Assembly: GCA_963800555.1 (NCBI GenBank) | Contig: CAWDBH010000008.1 | Location: 48,258-112,257 of the forward strand | Length of the DNA: 64,000 nucleotides | Direction of reading: 5' to 3' | Origin: an uncultured Candidatus Micrarchaeota archaeon | GTDB taxonomy: Archaea; Micrarchaeota; Micrarchaeia; Anstonellales; Bilamarchaeaceae | Shown here: piece after piece, positions 19,382-28,070 of the stretch | Position numbering within the stretch: the stretch's first letter is position 1 | How the letters are laid out: each line of letters starts with the position of its first letter | Notes under the pieces: generated by a model | Seen by the model: only the letters and a program-made list of their open reading frames with translations | Told to the model about the DNA's origin: nothing | Databases searched by the model: none | Program-made: the position numbers and the translations under genes

Positions 19382-20081
19382 TGTACCCTTTCATCACGTC
19401 TACGCCGCCGCCCATCATGGCCGAGATGTTGCTCCATCCCCAGAGCGCGACTGTCCTGAAGAACCCGTCGCTCTTGAACCTGCGGTCCGAGAGCATCATG
19501 ATCAGTTTCGAATCGTAGACTATATCCCTTGACGGAGGGAGCCTCGCCATCAAGTCGGTGTCCTCGCAGATCACCGAGCGGTAGCCGCCCACGCTGAAGA
19601 ACACGTCCTTCCGTATCGCGCAGTTGTTCGCCGGGACCCAGTATTTCCCGGTGATGAAGTGGTTCAAGCGGACCAGATGGAAAACACCGACGGAATAGGA
19701 ATTGTATATCGTGCCCATGACCCTTGAATCGCATTCGTAGAGGTCCAGGCCGCCGACCGCGACGGTCTTCTTCTCCTTGAAATGACTCTTTATTCGGGAT
19801 GAGAAATCTCCCGGGACCACGCAATCGGCGTCTATGAAGACCAGGATGTTGTTTTTCGCCTCCTTGGCCCCTTCGGTCCTGGCAACGCCCACGCCCTTCT
19901 TCGGCCGCAGGAGCACCTTGGCGCCATGCTTCTTGGCTATCTGGGCCGTCTTGTCGGTGCTGTTGGCATCCACGACTATGACTTCATCTTCTCCATCTAA
20001 CTGGGGCTTGAGAGATTTGAGTATGCGATCTATGTGCTCTTCTTCATTCAGAGTAGGAACGATATAACTCAACATTTCCAT
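19371..20081 (-). CDS. Glycosyltransferase family 2
   Basis: IVPTLNEE, VVDANSTD, FIDAD and CEDTD motifs. Confidence 0.92.
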   Translation of the reverse strand: MEMLSYIVPTLNEEEHIDRILKSLKPQLDGEDEVIVVDANSTDKTAQIAKKHGAKVLLRPKKGVGVARTEGAKEAKNNILVFIDADCVVPGDFSSRIKSHFKEKKTVAVGGLDLYECDSRVMGTIYNSYSVGVFHLVRLNHFITGKYWVPANNCAIRKDVFFSVGGYRSVICEDTDLMARLPPSRDIVYDSKLIMMLSDRRFKSDGFFRTVALWGWSNISAMMGGGVDVMKGYTKQ

Positions 20082-20174
20082 CCACCTTCCGATATATCAT
20101 CAGGATAGAAAGCTATAAATCCATAAGCCACGGCGCATTCTGGCCTTTCGGGAACCATTGAACCGGTCGGTCCG

Positions 20175-20465
20175 TCATCTAGAGAAGTTCGAAAGCTGCA
20201 CCGAGAGGATGTGGCATTGCCTCTTGAGCGCGTTCAGCTCATGCAGGCTGTATGTCGCGAGTTCCGCTTCCCTGATGCTCGTTATCCTGCCTTCCCACGC
20301 CTTCAGGTTGAAGCACTCGCGTTTCTCGTTCACCTTGCGGGCGCTCTCCAAGAGGCGGTGGCAGTCCGACGCTATGCCTTTGCGCAGGTTCCCTATGATG
20401 ACTTCTATCGGCTCGTCCGTGAAGTCCGCCAGATCGTATTTACCTGCCATAGCCTCTTTTCTCAT
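20175..20465 (-). CDS. Hypothetical protein
   Basis: 96-aa ORF filling the intergenic space, divergent from purN. Confidence 0.5.
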   Translation of the reverse strand: MRKEAMAGKYDLADFTDEPIEVIIGNLRKGIASDCHRLLESARKVNEKRECFNLKAWEGRITSIREAELATYSLHELNALKRQCHILSVQLSNFSR

Positions 20466-20500
20466 ATGTTAATTTAAACAGTTTTGACATTCTCCTACCC

Positions 20501-21115
20501 ATGACAGTGAAAGCCGCGGTCCTCGCATCCGGAAGGGGCAGCAACTTCAAGGCTATCCTCGAAGAGATCGCCGCCGGCAGGTGCGACGCGAAAATAGCGG
20601 TGCTGATCACGAACAATCCCGATGCCCCGGCCATCCAGATAGCCAGATCAGCCGGCATACCGGTAGAGATCATAGATAAGAAAAGATTCAAGAGCAGGGA
20701 AGAGATGGATGATGAGATAAAAAAGCTCCTGGATAAGTACGGCGCGGGCCTCGTCGTCCTCGCCGGATATATGCTCATCCTGAAAGGGAAAAAACTTCTC
20801 GAGGCATACCAGAATAAGATAATCAATATCCACCCCGCCCTCCTCCCGGCATTCCCAGGTGCCACTGCCCAGAAGGACGCATTCGAATACGGGGTCAAGG
20901 TATCCGGGGTGACCATACATCTGGTCGATGAAAGCCTCGATGCCGGTCCGATATTGCATCAGGAGGCAGTTGATATCGGCGCATGCGCGAATTCCGAAGA
21001 TGTGGCGAAGAAGATCCTGAAGATCGAGCACAAGGCGTACGCCAAAGTGATAGATTCATTCTCCAAAGGGGATTATGTAATAGAAGGCAGACGCGCGCGG
21101 TTCGTTCCTAGATGA
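20501..21115 (+). CDS. purN: Phosphoribosylglycinamide formyltransferase
   Basis: LASGRGSNF, LAGYM, INIHPALLPAFPG and LDAGPI motifs. Confidence 0.96.
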   Translation: MTVKAAVLASGRGSNFKAILEEIAAGRCDAKIAVLITNNPDAPAIQIARSAGIPVEIIDKKRFKSREEMDDEIKKLLDKYGAGLVVLAGYMLILKGKKLLEAYQNKIINIHPALLPAFPGATAQKDAFEYGVKVSGVTIHLVDESLDAGPILHQEAVDIGACANSEDVAKKILKIEHKAYAKVIDSFSKGDYVIEGRRARFVPR

Positions 21116-22094
21116 TGTTCGGGTAGGCGGAATCCCTCCTTTTCAGGAGGACGATGCGCGATATCTCGTCATCGCTCGCTATCGAATACGTTGGAAGAGC
21201 ATCGGCCAGTTTTTTCGTGAAAGCCACCACTTCATCATGCTCGAGCATGTTCTTCGGTCCCAGGCGCTTGCGCGAGAATCCGAGCGCCATGTATGATTTT
21301 ATCTCGATGAAATCCGTTTTCGACCTCTCAAGCAGCGCGGCATAAGATGGTATGTAATCCAAGGAATCGTTGACCCCTTTGATGAGCGTGAACCTTATCG
21401 CCCTCCTGCACTTGAGCGAAGGGAAGAGGTCAATCGTCCGCAGCAGTCTCTGCCACCCGTCCTTATACACGCTCCTGTTCACTTCATTGAATTTCTTTTC
21501 GTCATGCGCGGACAATGAGAGGTAAAGCTGGGTGGGCAAGGCATCTTCCTGCGCGAGTTTTTCGATCCTCTTTGATTCCTGACCGTTCGTCACCACGAAG
21601 ATCGTCCGGACCTCGGGATTCTCCTTCAGTTTCTTTATCATATGGCCAAGCTTCGGATATATCGTCGGCTCGCCGCTCAAGGATATAGCCCAATGCGAAG
21701 GGAAGCGTTCGAACGATTCGTCGAATCTGCCCGCGCTCCTGAATGTCCCGAACCCGGACATGAGCTTCTTCCTCGCTTTCACACAGCCGCTTATTATCTC
21801 GTCCGGCTCGTCGACCTCATTCTCATCGAAACTCGTCTTCTTCATCCACTCCATCGGCCGCCAGCAGAAGATGCACGCCTCGTTGCACCATGCGAGCGCT
21901 GGAGATATCTGTGCGCACCTGTGGCAGTCCACTCCGTAGAATCTGACCTTGTAGCAACCCTTTCCGCCATGGAGCGCGTTTTTGGTCCAGTGGCATATCT
22001 GCACGCCGCTGTGATTGCCCACAATGCCGTAGCTCTTCGCATACTGCTTGCGGGCGCTCTCGCTGAATGTGACTTTCACGGAATCACTTTGCAT
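21108..22094 (-). CDS. taw1: 4-demethylwyosine synthase TYW1/Taw1 (radical SAM)
   Basis: HSGVQICHWTK, CYKVRFYG, CNEACIFCWRP and AISLSGEPT motifs. Confidence 0.95.
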   Translation of the reverse strand: MQSDSVKVTFSESARKQYAKSYGIVGNHSGVQICHWTKNALHGGKGCYKVRFYGVDCHRCAQISPALAWCNEACIFCWRPMEWMKKTSFDENEVDEPDEIISGCVKARKKLMSGFGTFRSAGRFDESFERFPSHWAISLSGEPTIYPKLGHMIKKLKENPEVRTIFVVTNGQESKRIEKLAQEDALPTQLYLSLSAHDEKKFNEVNRSVYKDGWQRLLRTIDLFPSLKCRRAIRFTLIKGVNDSLDYIPSYAALLERSKTDFIEIKSYMALGFSRKRLGPKNMLEHDEVVAFTKKLADALPTYSIASDDEISRIVLLKRRDSAYPNII

Positions 22095-22194
22095 GGTTAG
22101 GAACAAAAAAGAGACGGTCGGCAAAAAACAAAACCAGAGGGATTGATAAAAAGGTTTAAACCATGTATGAACGACTTATGGTGGGAGTGAGCAT

Positions 22195-23151
22195 ATGGCA
22201 AAAACAACTGTAGGCATGCCTCTTGAACACAGTACGCGCGGGGATGTGATAAGCGTCGGATGGAGGGTAGCGGAACGTCGATGTTATGCGAACCGCAGGC
22301 CGATAGCCGAATGCATCGAAAGGCTGGACCGCGGCAAGTTGCTGGCAGTGAAGGCCGCGTTCGAGATGGACGCGAATGCATGGACGGGTTATGATTATCT
22401 CCTGGGCACAGCAATACGCGGCCCCGGGAACCACGCGGGCGGGGGGTTCATACAGCTGGAGTGCATGGAAGACGGGATAAAGGCCGTCGATTTGCTGCAA
22501 CCGGTCTACAATCTGAATGCCCGGCTCTCCCATCCGCGGATCTGGTACGACCAGTCCTGGTTCAGGGCCTGCCGCGGGGAATACACCATCGAAGAGGCCA
22601 GGGCCGTGCTCGACCGTGCAATATCCGACATGGTCTTCGGTTGCTGGAATTCGCATTTAGCCGGAACCTACTACCCTAGCTATGACAAGATACTAGGGGT
22701 CATAAAGAAACTTACAACGCCCGAGGGGCAAGAGGACATAACCGGCATGGTGAACATGAGGCGCATGATCAAGTTCGACTCGTTCTGCATCTCAACGCAA
22801 CCTGGAAGAACCAATGATGGCGAGAACTGGGAGCTCGCGCAGGAGAAGATGGCTGCGAGGGCCATCCTGTACATGAGGGACAATCCCTGGACTAATACCG
22901 GCTGGGACCGCTGGCTGGACATATCCGGGCCGCTCGATATGCCGAAACCATATGCCTCCATCAATGAGCTCGGCATGCTGGATAGGACCGATAGGCTCAA
23001 ACTCTTCATCCACGTGCTGGAGCTGCTGAAGACGGATCACAGCATACATCTGGCCAAGGCGGATATGTCGGCGCAGTCGTACCTGTTCTACATCTCGGGC
23101 AGAGACAAGCCGGATGAAGATCGGTTCCGCGCAGCGGAAGTGACACTATGA
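22195..23151 (+). CDS. Hypothetical protein, tandem paralogue A
   Basis: Homologous along its length to the next ORF. Confidence 0.75.
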   Translation: MAKTTVGMPLEHSTRGDVISVGWRVAERRCYANRRPIAECIERLDRGKLLAVKAAFEMDANAWTGYDYLLGTAIRGPGNHAGGGFIQLECMEDGIKAVDLLQPVYNLNARLSHPRIWYDQSWFRACRGEYTIEEARAVLDRAISDMVFGCWNSHLAGTYYPSYDKILGVIKKLTTPEGQEDITGMVNMRRMIKFDSFCISTQPGRTNDGENWELAQEKMAARAILYMRDNPWTNTGWDRWLDISGPLDMPKPYASINELGMLDRTDRLKLFIHVLELLKTDHSIHLAKADMSAQSYLFYISGRDKPDEDRFRAAEVTL

Positions 23152-24041
23152 CAGCTGAAAGGAAGCTTCTAGGACGCAGCGGATGCGGGGATAAGATAAG
23201 CATCGGATGGAGGGTCAGGGAAGGGAAAAAGAAGGACCGCGAGCCGATCGCCGAATGCATCGAAAGGCTGGGCAGTATCCTGAAAGCTACGACCGCGTTC
23301 GAGACGGCCGGGAAGCTAAGTTATGATTATCTCGAGGACACGACAACGAGCTGCTCCGCTGCCGAGTTGGGCGGTGGGTTCATGAGGCTCGTGTGCATGG
23401 AAAGCGGGATAAGTGCCGTTGAATTGCTGCAGCCCATATACGATTTATGCGCCTGGCTCTCCCATCCGCAGATCTGGTATGACCGGGTCGAACCAACGTT
23501 CCCGAAGGGGGAATATGCCATAGAAGAGGCCAGGGCGGTGTTCCCGACCGACAAGTCAGACGCGTTCTTCGGAGCGCATAACCGGGAATTCGCCGGAGCT
23601 TACTATCCCAGCTATGACAAGGTCCTCGGGATCATAAAGAGACTCACGCCGCTCGGAACTGATGAGAACCTGGATATAAAGGATATGCTCAAGGTGGATG
23701 CGTACTACGCATTCAAGAATACGAGAAGGACAGAAGAGCTTGCGAACTGGCTGCTCGCGCAGGACCGGATGGCAGCGAGGGCCATCCTGTACATGAGGGA
23801 CAATCCCTGGACTAATACCGGCTGGGACCGCTGGCTGGACATATCGGGGCCGCTGGATATTCCTGACAGCCATCGTCCATCCAGGGACTTGGGCATGCTC
23901 GACGGAACTGGCAAACTGGACCTCTTCATCCCCCTGCTGGAGATGCTGAAAGCGGACGACAGCATACATCTTGTCAAGGCGGACATGCCGGCGTGGCTGT
24001 ACCGGGACGGTTTGACGGCCTGGAACAGAGGCGACGATTAA
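23148..24041 (+). CDS. Hypothetical protein, tandem paralogue B
   Basis: ATGA overlap with paralogue A; shares AARAILYMRDNPWTNTGWDRWLDISGPLD. Confidence 0.75.
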   Translation: MTAERKLLGRSGCGDKISIGWRVREGKKKDREPIAECIERLGSILKATTAFETAGKLSYDYLEDTTTSCSAAELGGGFMRLVCMESGISAVELLQPIYDLCAWLSHPQIWYDRVEPTFPKGEYAIEEARAVFPTDKSDAFFGAHNREFAGAYYPSYDKVLGIIKRLTPLGTDENLDIKDMLKVDAYYAFKNTRRTEELANWLLAQDRMAARAILYMRDNPWTNTGWDRWLDISGPLDIPDSHRPSRDLGMLDGTGKLDLFIPLLEMLKADDSIHLVKADMPAWLYRDGLTAWNRGDD

Positions 24042-24081
24042 TCCTGTATAGCTTGCGCTCGGGTTCGTATAAAGAAAAATA

Positions 24082-24185
24082 CGGGCCTGGTGAGATTTGA
24101 ACTCACGACACACGGATTTCACCTTTTAGGAAAAGATTTCCTTCAGATAAGAGTCCGTCGCTCTACCAAGCTGAGCTACAGGCCC
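24082..24185 (-). tRNA. tRNA-Lys(CTT) with a 30-nt intron (24118-24147) at 37/38
   Basis: GGGCCTG...CAGGCCCG acceptor; ACGGA-CTCTTA[intron]A-TCCGT. Confidence 0.9.
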
Positions 24186-24221
24186 ACGTGGATTGGAATG
24201 TGATTAGAAAACAATATAAAA

Positions 24222-25256
24222 TCATGAGCCGAGCGAGTCGATGGCGTATTGGCTGCCTGTGACCGTTATCCGCAGGGTGCCGTTGTCGTAGTTGTCGTAC
24301 CATTTGATATCGTTCTGCGACATGTTCAGGAGCCTTTCGAACGGCGCCCTGGACCCGCCATTGGCAGCGGATTCATCCGCGCTCCCGCTTATCACGACCA
24401 CCTGTGGCTTTGCGGTATTGAGGAATATGCCCATATTCGCGGTCCCTGAGCCGACCCCGTAGTACGGGGCTTCCAGCACCGTGGTGCTGATGAGGCCCGG
24501 ATACTTGTTGATCAGGTTCCCCTGGGCGCCAGTCTGTATGTCCGATGTCAGCAGCATCGAGAACCCGTCCTGCGACAGCCTGATGACCATCGCGTCATTG
24601 TTGACATCCTGGAACAGCTTGCCGGGATTCGGGTTGATCACCGTGAAATTTATCCCATCATACGAGTTGCTGTAGCCGTCATCAGCTATGACGACCTGTT
24701 TCGTGGCGTTCGCCATCCTGGCCGCTATCCCAGCGTATTCAGTATTGCCTAAGGTCTCGCCAGGCCACCAGTAGCTCTGAATGGGGAAATTATCGGCTAT
24801 CGCTTCGATGCCTCCGAAACGGCGCGGATCACCGGTGGTCGAAACCAGCACGGCGATATTTTCGACGCCCTTGGATTTTAGGAAATCGACCACTTTGCCC
24901 GATTCCTTCGCAGGCCCGGCATCCACGAGCATGTTGAAATCCCCTTTCTTGATCAGTATGGCGTCTCCCTGTGAGGTATCCCCGACATATATGAGATATA
25001 TCCCTAGGGGTTGCGTCGGGTCGTAGGTGAACTGGATCGAGTTGTTCGGCGCCGTAGGGACGGTGTTGTTCTGCACGCTGTTGTTCTGCTCGGCGCTCTG
25101 GTTCGTCTGGTTGTTGATGATGATGGTGACCGGGCCTGTGCTATTGGTGGTATTGGCCGGGGTTGTCGAATTGGTCTCGTTCGAGACAGGCGTCCGCCCT
25201 CCGCATCCTAATATCAGCATGAACACGACAATCGCGAGTATAGGAACCAGTTTCAT
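24222..25256 (-). CDS. Secreted lipoprotein with ComEC/Rec2-like MBL fold
   Basis: LILGC lipobox, N/T-rich linker, QGDAILI...MLVDAG, NNDAMVIRL and MLLTSD motifs; metal-binding His residues absent. Confidence 0.8.
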   Translation of the reverse strand: MKLVPILAIVVFMLILGCGGRTPVSNETNSTTPANTTNSTGPVTIIINNQTNQSAEQNNSVQNNTVPTAPNNSIQFTYDPTQPLGIYLIYVGDTSQGDAILIKKGDFNMLVDAGPAKESGKVVDFLKSKGVENIAVLVSTTGDPRRFGGIEAIADNFPIQSYWWPGETLGNTEYAGIAARMANATKQVVIADDGYSNSYDGINFTVINPNPGKLFQDVNNDAMVIRLSQDGFSMLLTSDIQTGAQGNLINKYPGLISTTVLEAPYYGVGSGTANMGIFLNTAKPQVVVISGSADESAANGGSRAPFERLLNMSQNDIKWYDNYDNGTLRITVTGSQYAIDSLGS

Positions 25257-26776
25257 AGCGTCACCCTGCTCTCACGGACCGCTTTCCGCAGATGCGATTC
25301 GCATTCGCTGATTTTAATCCTTTCCTGCTTGCCGTCATTCCTGTACCTTATGGTCACGGTACCGTCCTCGAGCGTCTGGTAATCGACCGTCAGGCAATAC
25401 GGGATGCCTATCTCGTCGGCGCGCGCGTACCTTCGGCCTATGCTCCCGCTCTCGCGGTAATCCGCATCGAGTCCGGCCGAGCGCAGGATGCCTGTGAGCT
25501 CCAACGCCTTCTCCCCCATGCCGTCCTTCTTCATTAGCGGGAAGACAGCGACGTGGTACGGGGCTATGCATGGCGGGAAGTCGAACCATTCCCATTCCTT
25601 TCCGGTTCCTAATTTCCACTCCCCTTTCTCATCCTTCTCGTCCTTGTCCCGGAAGCAGTGCTCGAGCAGGCAGTAGAAGAGCCGGTCCACGCCCATCGAT
25701 AGCTCGAAGACGTGCGGCATGACCTTCTTCTTCTCCTCCTCGACGAAAACGCTGAGGTCCTGGCCGCTATGTTTGGTATGGGAAGCCAGATCGAAATCCG
25801 TGCGGTACGCGTTCCCGATCGTCTCGATGCTTCCGAACGAGGTCTCGACTTCCATGTCTATGTTGGCCCGAGAATAATGCGGTATCTCCGCGGAATCCAG
25901 CACCCTGAAGACCATCTTGCCAGTGGGGATGCCGACCTTCCTGTAGAATTCCCATTCGCGGGCCATGAAATACGCCATTATCTCGTTGGCCGCGAGTTTT
26001 TTCTGAACAATCTCGTCAGCGCTCATCTCGCTCGTCTGGCCTTTGACGCCCATCCGCATCCGCGAATCCTTGATAGCGGAAAATCCATCGAATTCCCCAT
26101 GGGTCGGGTTGAAGAAATATTCGAGCTCCATCTGCGTGAACTCCCGCATCCTGATGAGCCCTTTCCTGGGGGATATCTCGTTCCTGAAGCTCTTGCCCAC
26201 CTGCCCGACCGCAATGGGGAGCCGCGTTCCGTGGTTCCGGAATATCCTGGGGAATGCCGTGAATATGCCTTGGGCCGTCTCTGGCCTGCAGTACGCGGGC
26301 GATCTCTCCCCCCCGATGCCCGTCTGGAACATCAGATTGAACATGAACGCGTTACCGAACTCCCCGCCGCATTTGGGGCATTTCAGCTCCTTCTCCTTGA
26401 TTATCCTATCCAAAGAGTCGAGCTTCCCATCCCATTTCTCGCCATGGAGGTCGTAGTGCTTCTCGGCCACGAAGCTGTCCGCGCGGATGCGCGTCTTGCA
26501 TTTGCCGCACTCGATGACCGGGTCCGCGAAGCTGCCGACATGGCCTGACGCGACCAGCACCGGCTCTGGGGTGATTATGCTCGTCTCCACCTCATGGAAG
26601 CCCTCGTTCTTGATGAACGTCTCGCGCCAGAGGTTCTCGATCTTCTTCTTTATTAGCACGCCGACCGGGCCGTACTCGTAGAATCCAGCGATGTTTCCGT
26701 ATGGCTCGTTGCTCGGGAAGAAGAACGATCGTTTCAGCGCTAGCTCGAATATCTTCTCATGTATAGGGACTTGCAT
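25253..26776 (-). CDS. glyS: Glycyl-tRNA synthetase (alpha2 type)
   Basis: FNLMF, RPETAQGIF, KSFRNEISP and REFTQMELE motifs; C-terminal anticodon-binding domain. Confidence 0.97.
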   Translation of the reverse strand: MQVPIHEKIFELALKRSFFFPSNEPYGNIAGFYEYGPVGVLIKKKIENLWRETFIKNEGFHEVETSIITPEPVLVASGHVGSFADPVIECGKCKTRIRADSFVAEKHYDLHGEKWDGKLDSLDRIIKEKELKCPKCGGEFGNAFMFNLMFQTGIGGERSPAYCRPETAQGIFTAFPRIFRNHGTRLPIAVGQVGKSFRNEISPRKGLIRMREFTQMELEYFFNPTHGEFDGFSAIKDSRMRMGVKGQTSEMSADEIVQKKLAANEIMAYFMAREWEFYRKVGIPTGKMVFRVLDSAEIPHYSRANIDMEVETSFGSIETIGNAYRTDFDLASHTKHSGQDLSVFVEEEKKKVMPHVFELSMGVDRLFYCLLEHCFRDKDEKDEKGEWKLGTGKEWEWFDFPPCIAPYHVAVFPLMKKDGMGEKALELTGILRSAGLDADYRESGSIGRRYARADEIGIPYCLTVDYQTLEDGTVTIRYRNDGKQERIKISECESHLRKAVRESRVTL

Positions 26777-26812
26777 AAGATTGTGATTATATGTGCGGTA
26801 TTAAATCGCTTT

Positions 26813-28009
26813 TTATCTGCAGAACACCGCCATGCCGATTGCGCCGAGCAAAGCGATGAATGCCGCGGAGATGAACGCAGCCGGGGCCCCGAATGCCGCC
26901 CATATCGCTCCTGCCACTATGCTCGCGGGGAGGTAGGCCACTCCGACCGCGGTGTTGTACGCCCCGAGCGCGATCCCGCGCTTCTCCTCTTTCGCGATGT
27001 CCGTTATGTACGCCTTGTTCACCGAATCGTCGATGGCCACGAATACCCCGTATATGATGAATAAGCCCGCCAGCTGCAGATACGAGCCTGCGAGGGTGAA
27101 TCCTAAGCAGACGAGGGCGTAAAGGACGAACGAGCCCGCTATCACGCCCTTGCGCCCGATTTTGTCTGATAGCATCCCAGCGGGTATGGACGCGAGAGCG
27201 TAGGCGATGTTGTATATCAGGTAGAGTATGATTATGGAGTCCTCGGCGATCTTCAGGTCCGACGCCCTCACTATGAAGAACGCGAAGCTGAAGTAAGAGA
27301 GCGAGAAGAGGATCGACACTTTCAAGTAAACCATGTACTCTGGCGGCATCTCGCGCAGAGCCTGCCAGAACGGGGTCCTGGTCTTCGGGGCCACCGCGGT
27401 TTCCGGCTTCGGCTCCCTAACGAAGAAGTATAGGACGGCCACCGAAAGGAACGCAGGGATGATGGCCAAAAAGAACACGGTCCGGTATGCGGATTCGCTC
27501 TGGCCTATGAGGATGAAGATGATGAGCGCCAGCGTCGGGCCGACAACCGCCCCTGCGGTGTCCATCGCCCTGTGTATGCCGAACGCCTTGCCTCTCTGAT
27601 CCGGAGGGGAGTCGGATGCTATGATGGCATCGCGCGGAGATGTCCTAATGCCCTTGCCCACCCGCTCCAGCGCGCGGGCTACGAAGATGAAGGGCCACGA
27701 GTTCGCGATCGCTATGAATATCTTCATGAAGGAGGACAATCCATAGCCGAGCTCCACGAGCTGCTTCCTGTTCCCGGTCCGGTCCGCCCAATAGCCGGAG
27801 AAAATCTCCACGATGCTCGCTATGCTGTCTGCGGTCCCCTCTATCAGGCCGAGGATCGCCGTGCTGGCCCCTAGGAACGTGGTGATGAAGACCGGCAAGA
27901 TGGGAAAAATCATCTCGCTCGACACGTCCGTCAGGAAACTTACTATCCCGAGCGCGAAGACGCTCACCCCTATCTTTCGGGGCTCCGGTTTCGCATTCCC
28001 CTTGGCCAT
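26813..28009 (-). CDS. MFS transporter
   Basis: DVSSEMIFPILP, ERVGKGIRTSPRDA and multiple TM segments. Confidence 0.92.
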   Translation of the reverse strand: MAKGNAKPEPRKIGVSVFALGIVSFLTDVSSEMIFPILPVFITTFLGASTAILGLIEGTADSIASIVEIFSGYWADRTGNRKQLVELGYGLSSFMKIFIAIANSWPFIFVARALERVGKGIRTSPRDAIIASDSPPDQRGKAFGIHRAMDTAGAVVGPTLALIIFILIGQSESAYRTVFFLAIIPAFLSVAVLYFFVREPKPETAVAPKTRTPFWQALREMPPEYMVYLKVSILFSLSYFSFAFFIVRASDLKIAEDSIIILYLIYNIAYALASIPAGMLSDKIGRKGVIAGSFVLYALVCLGFTLAGSYLQLAGLFIIYGVFVAIDDSVNKAYITDIAKEEKRGIALGAYNTAVGVAYLPASIVAGAIWAAFGAPAAFISAAFIALLGAIGMAVFCR

Positions 28010-28070
28010 GCCTCGCTTTCTCTCCCCTATCTGTTAAAACCCTTTCATCCCCATCTGTCTCTTGATACTC

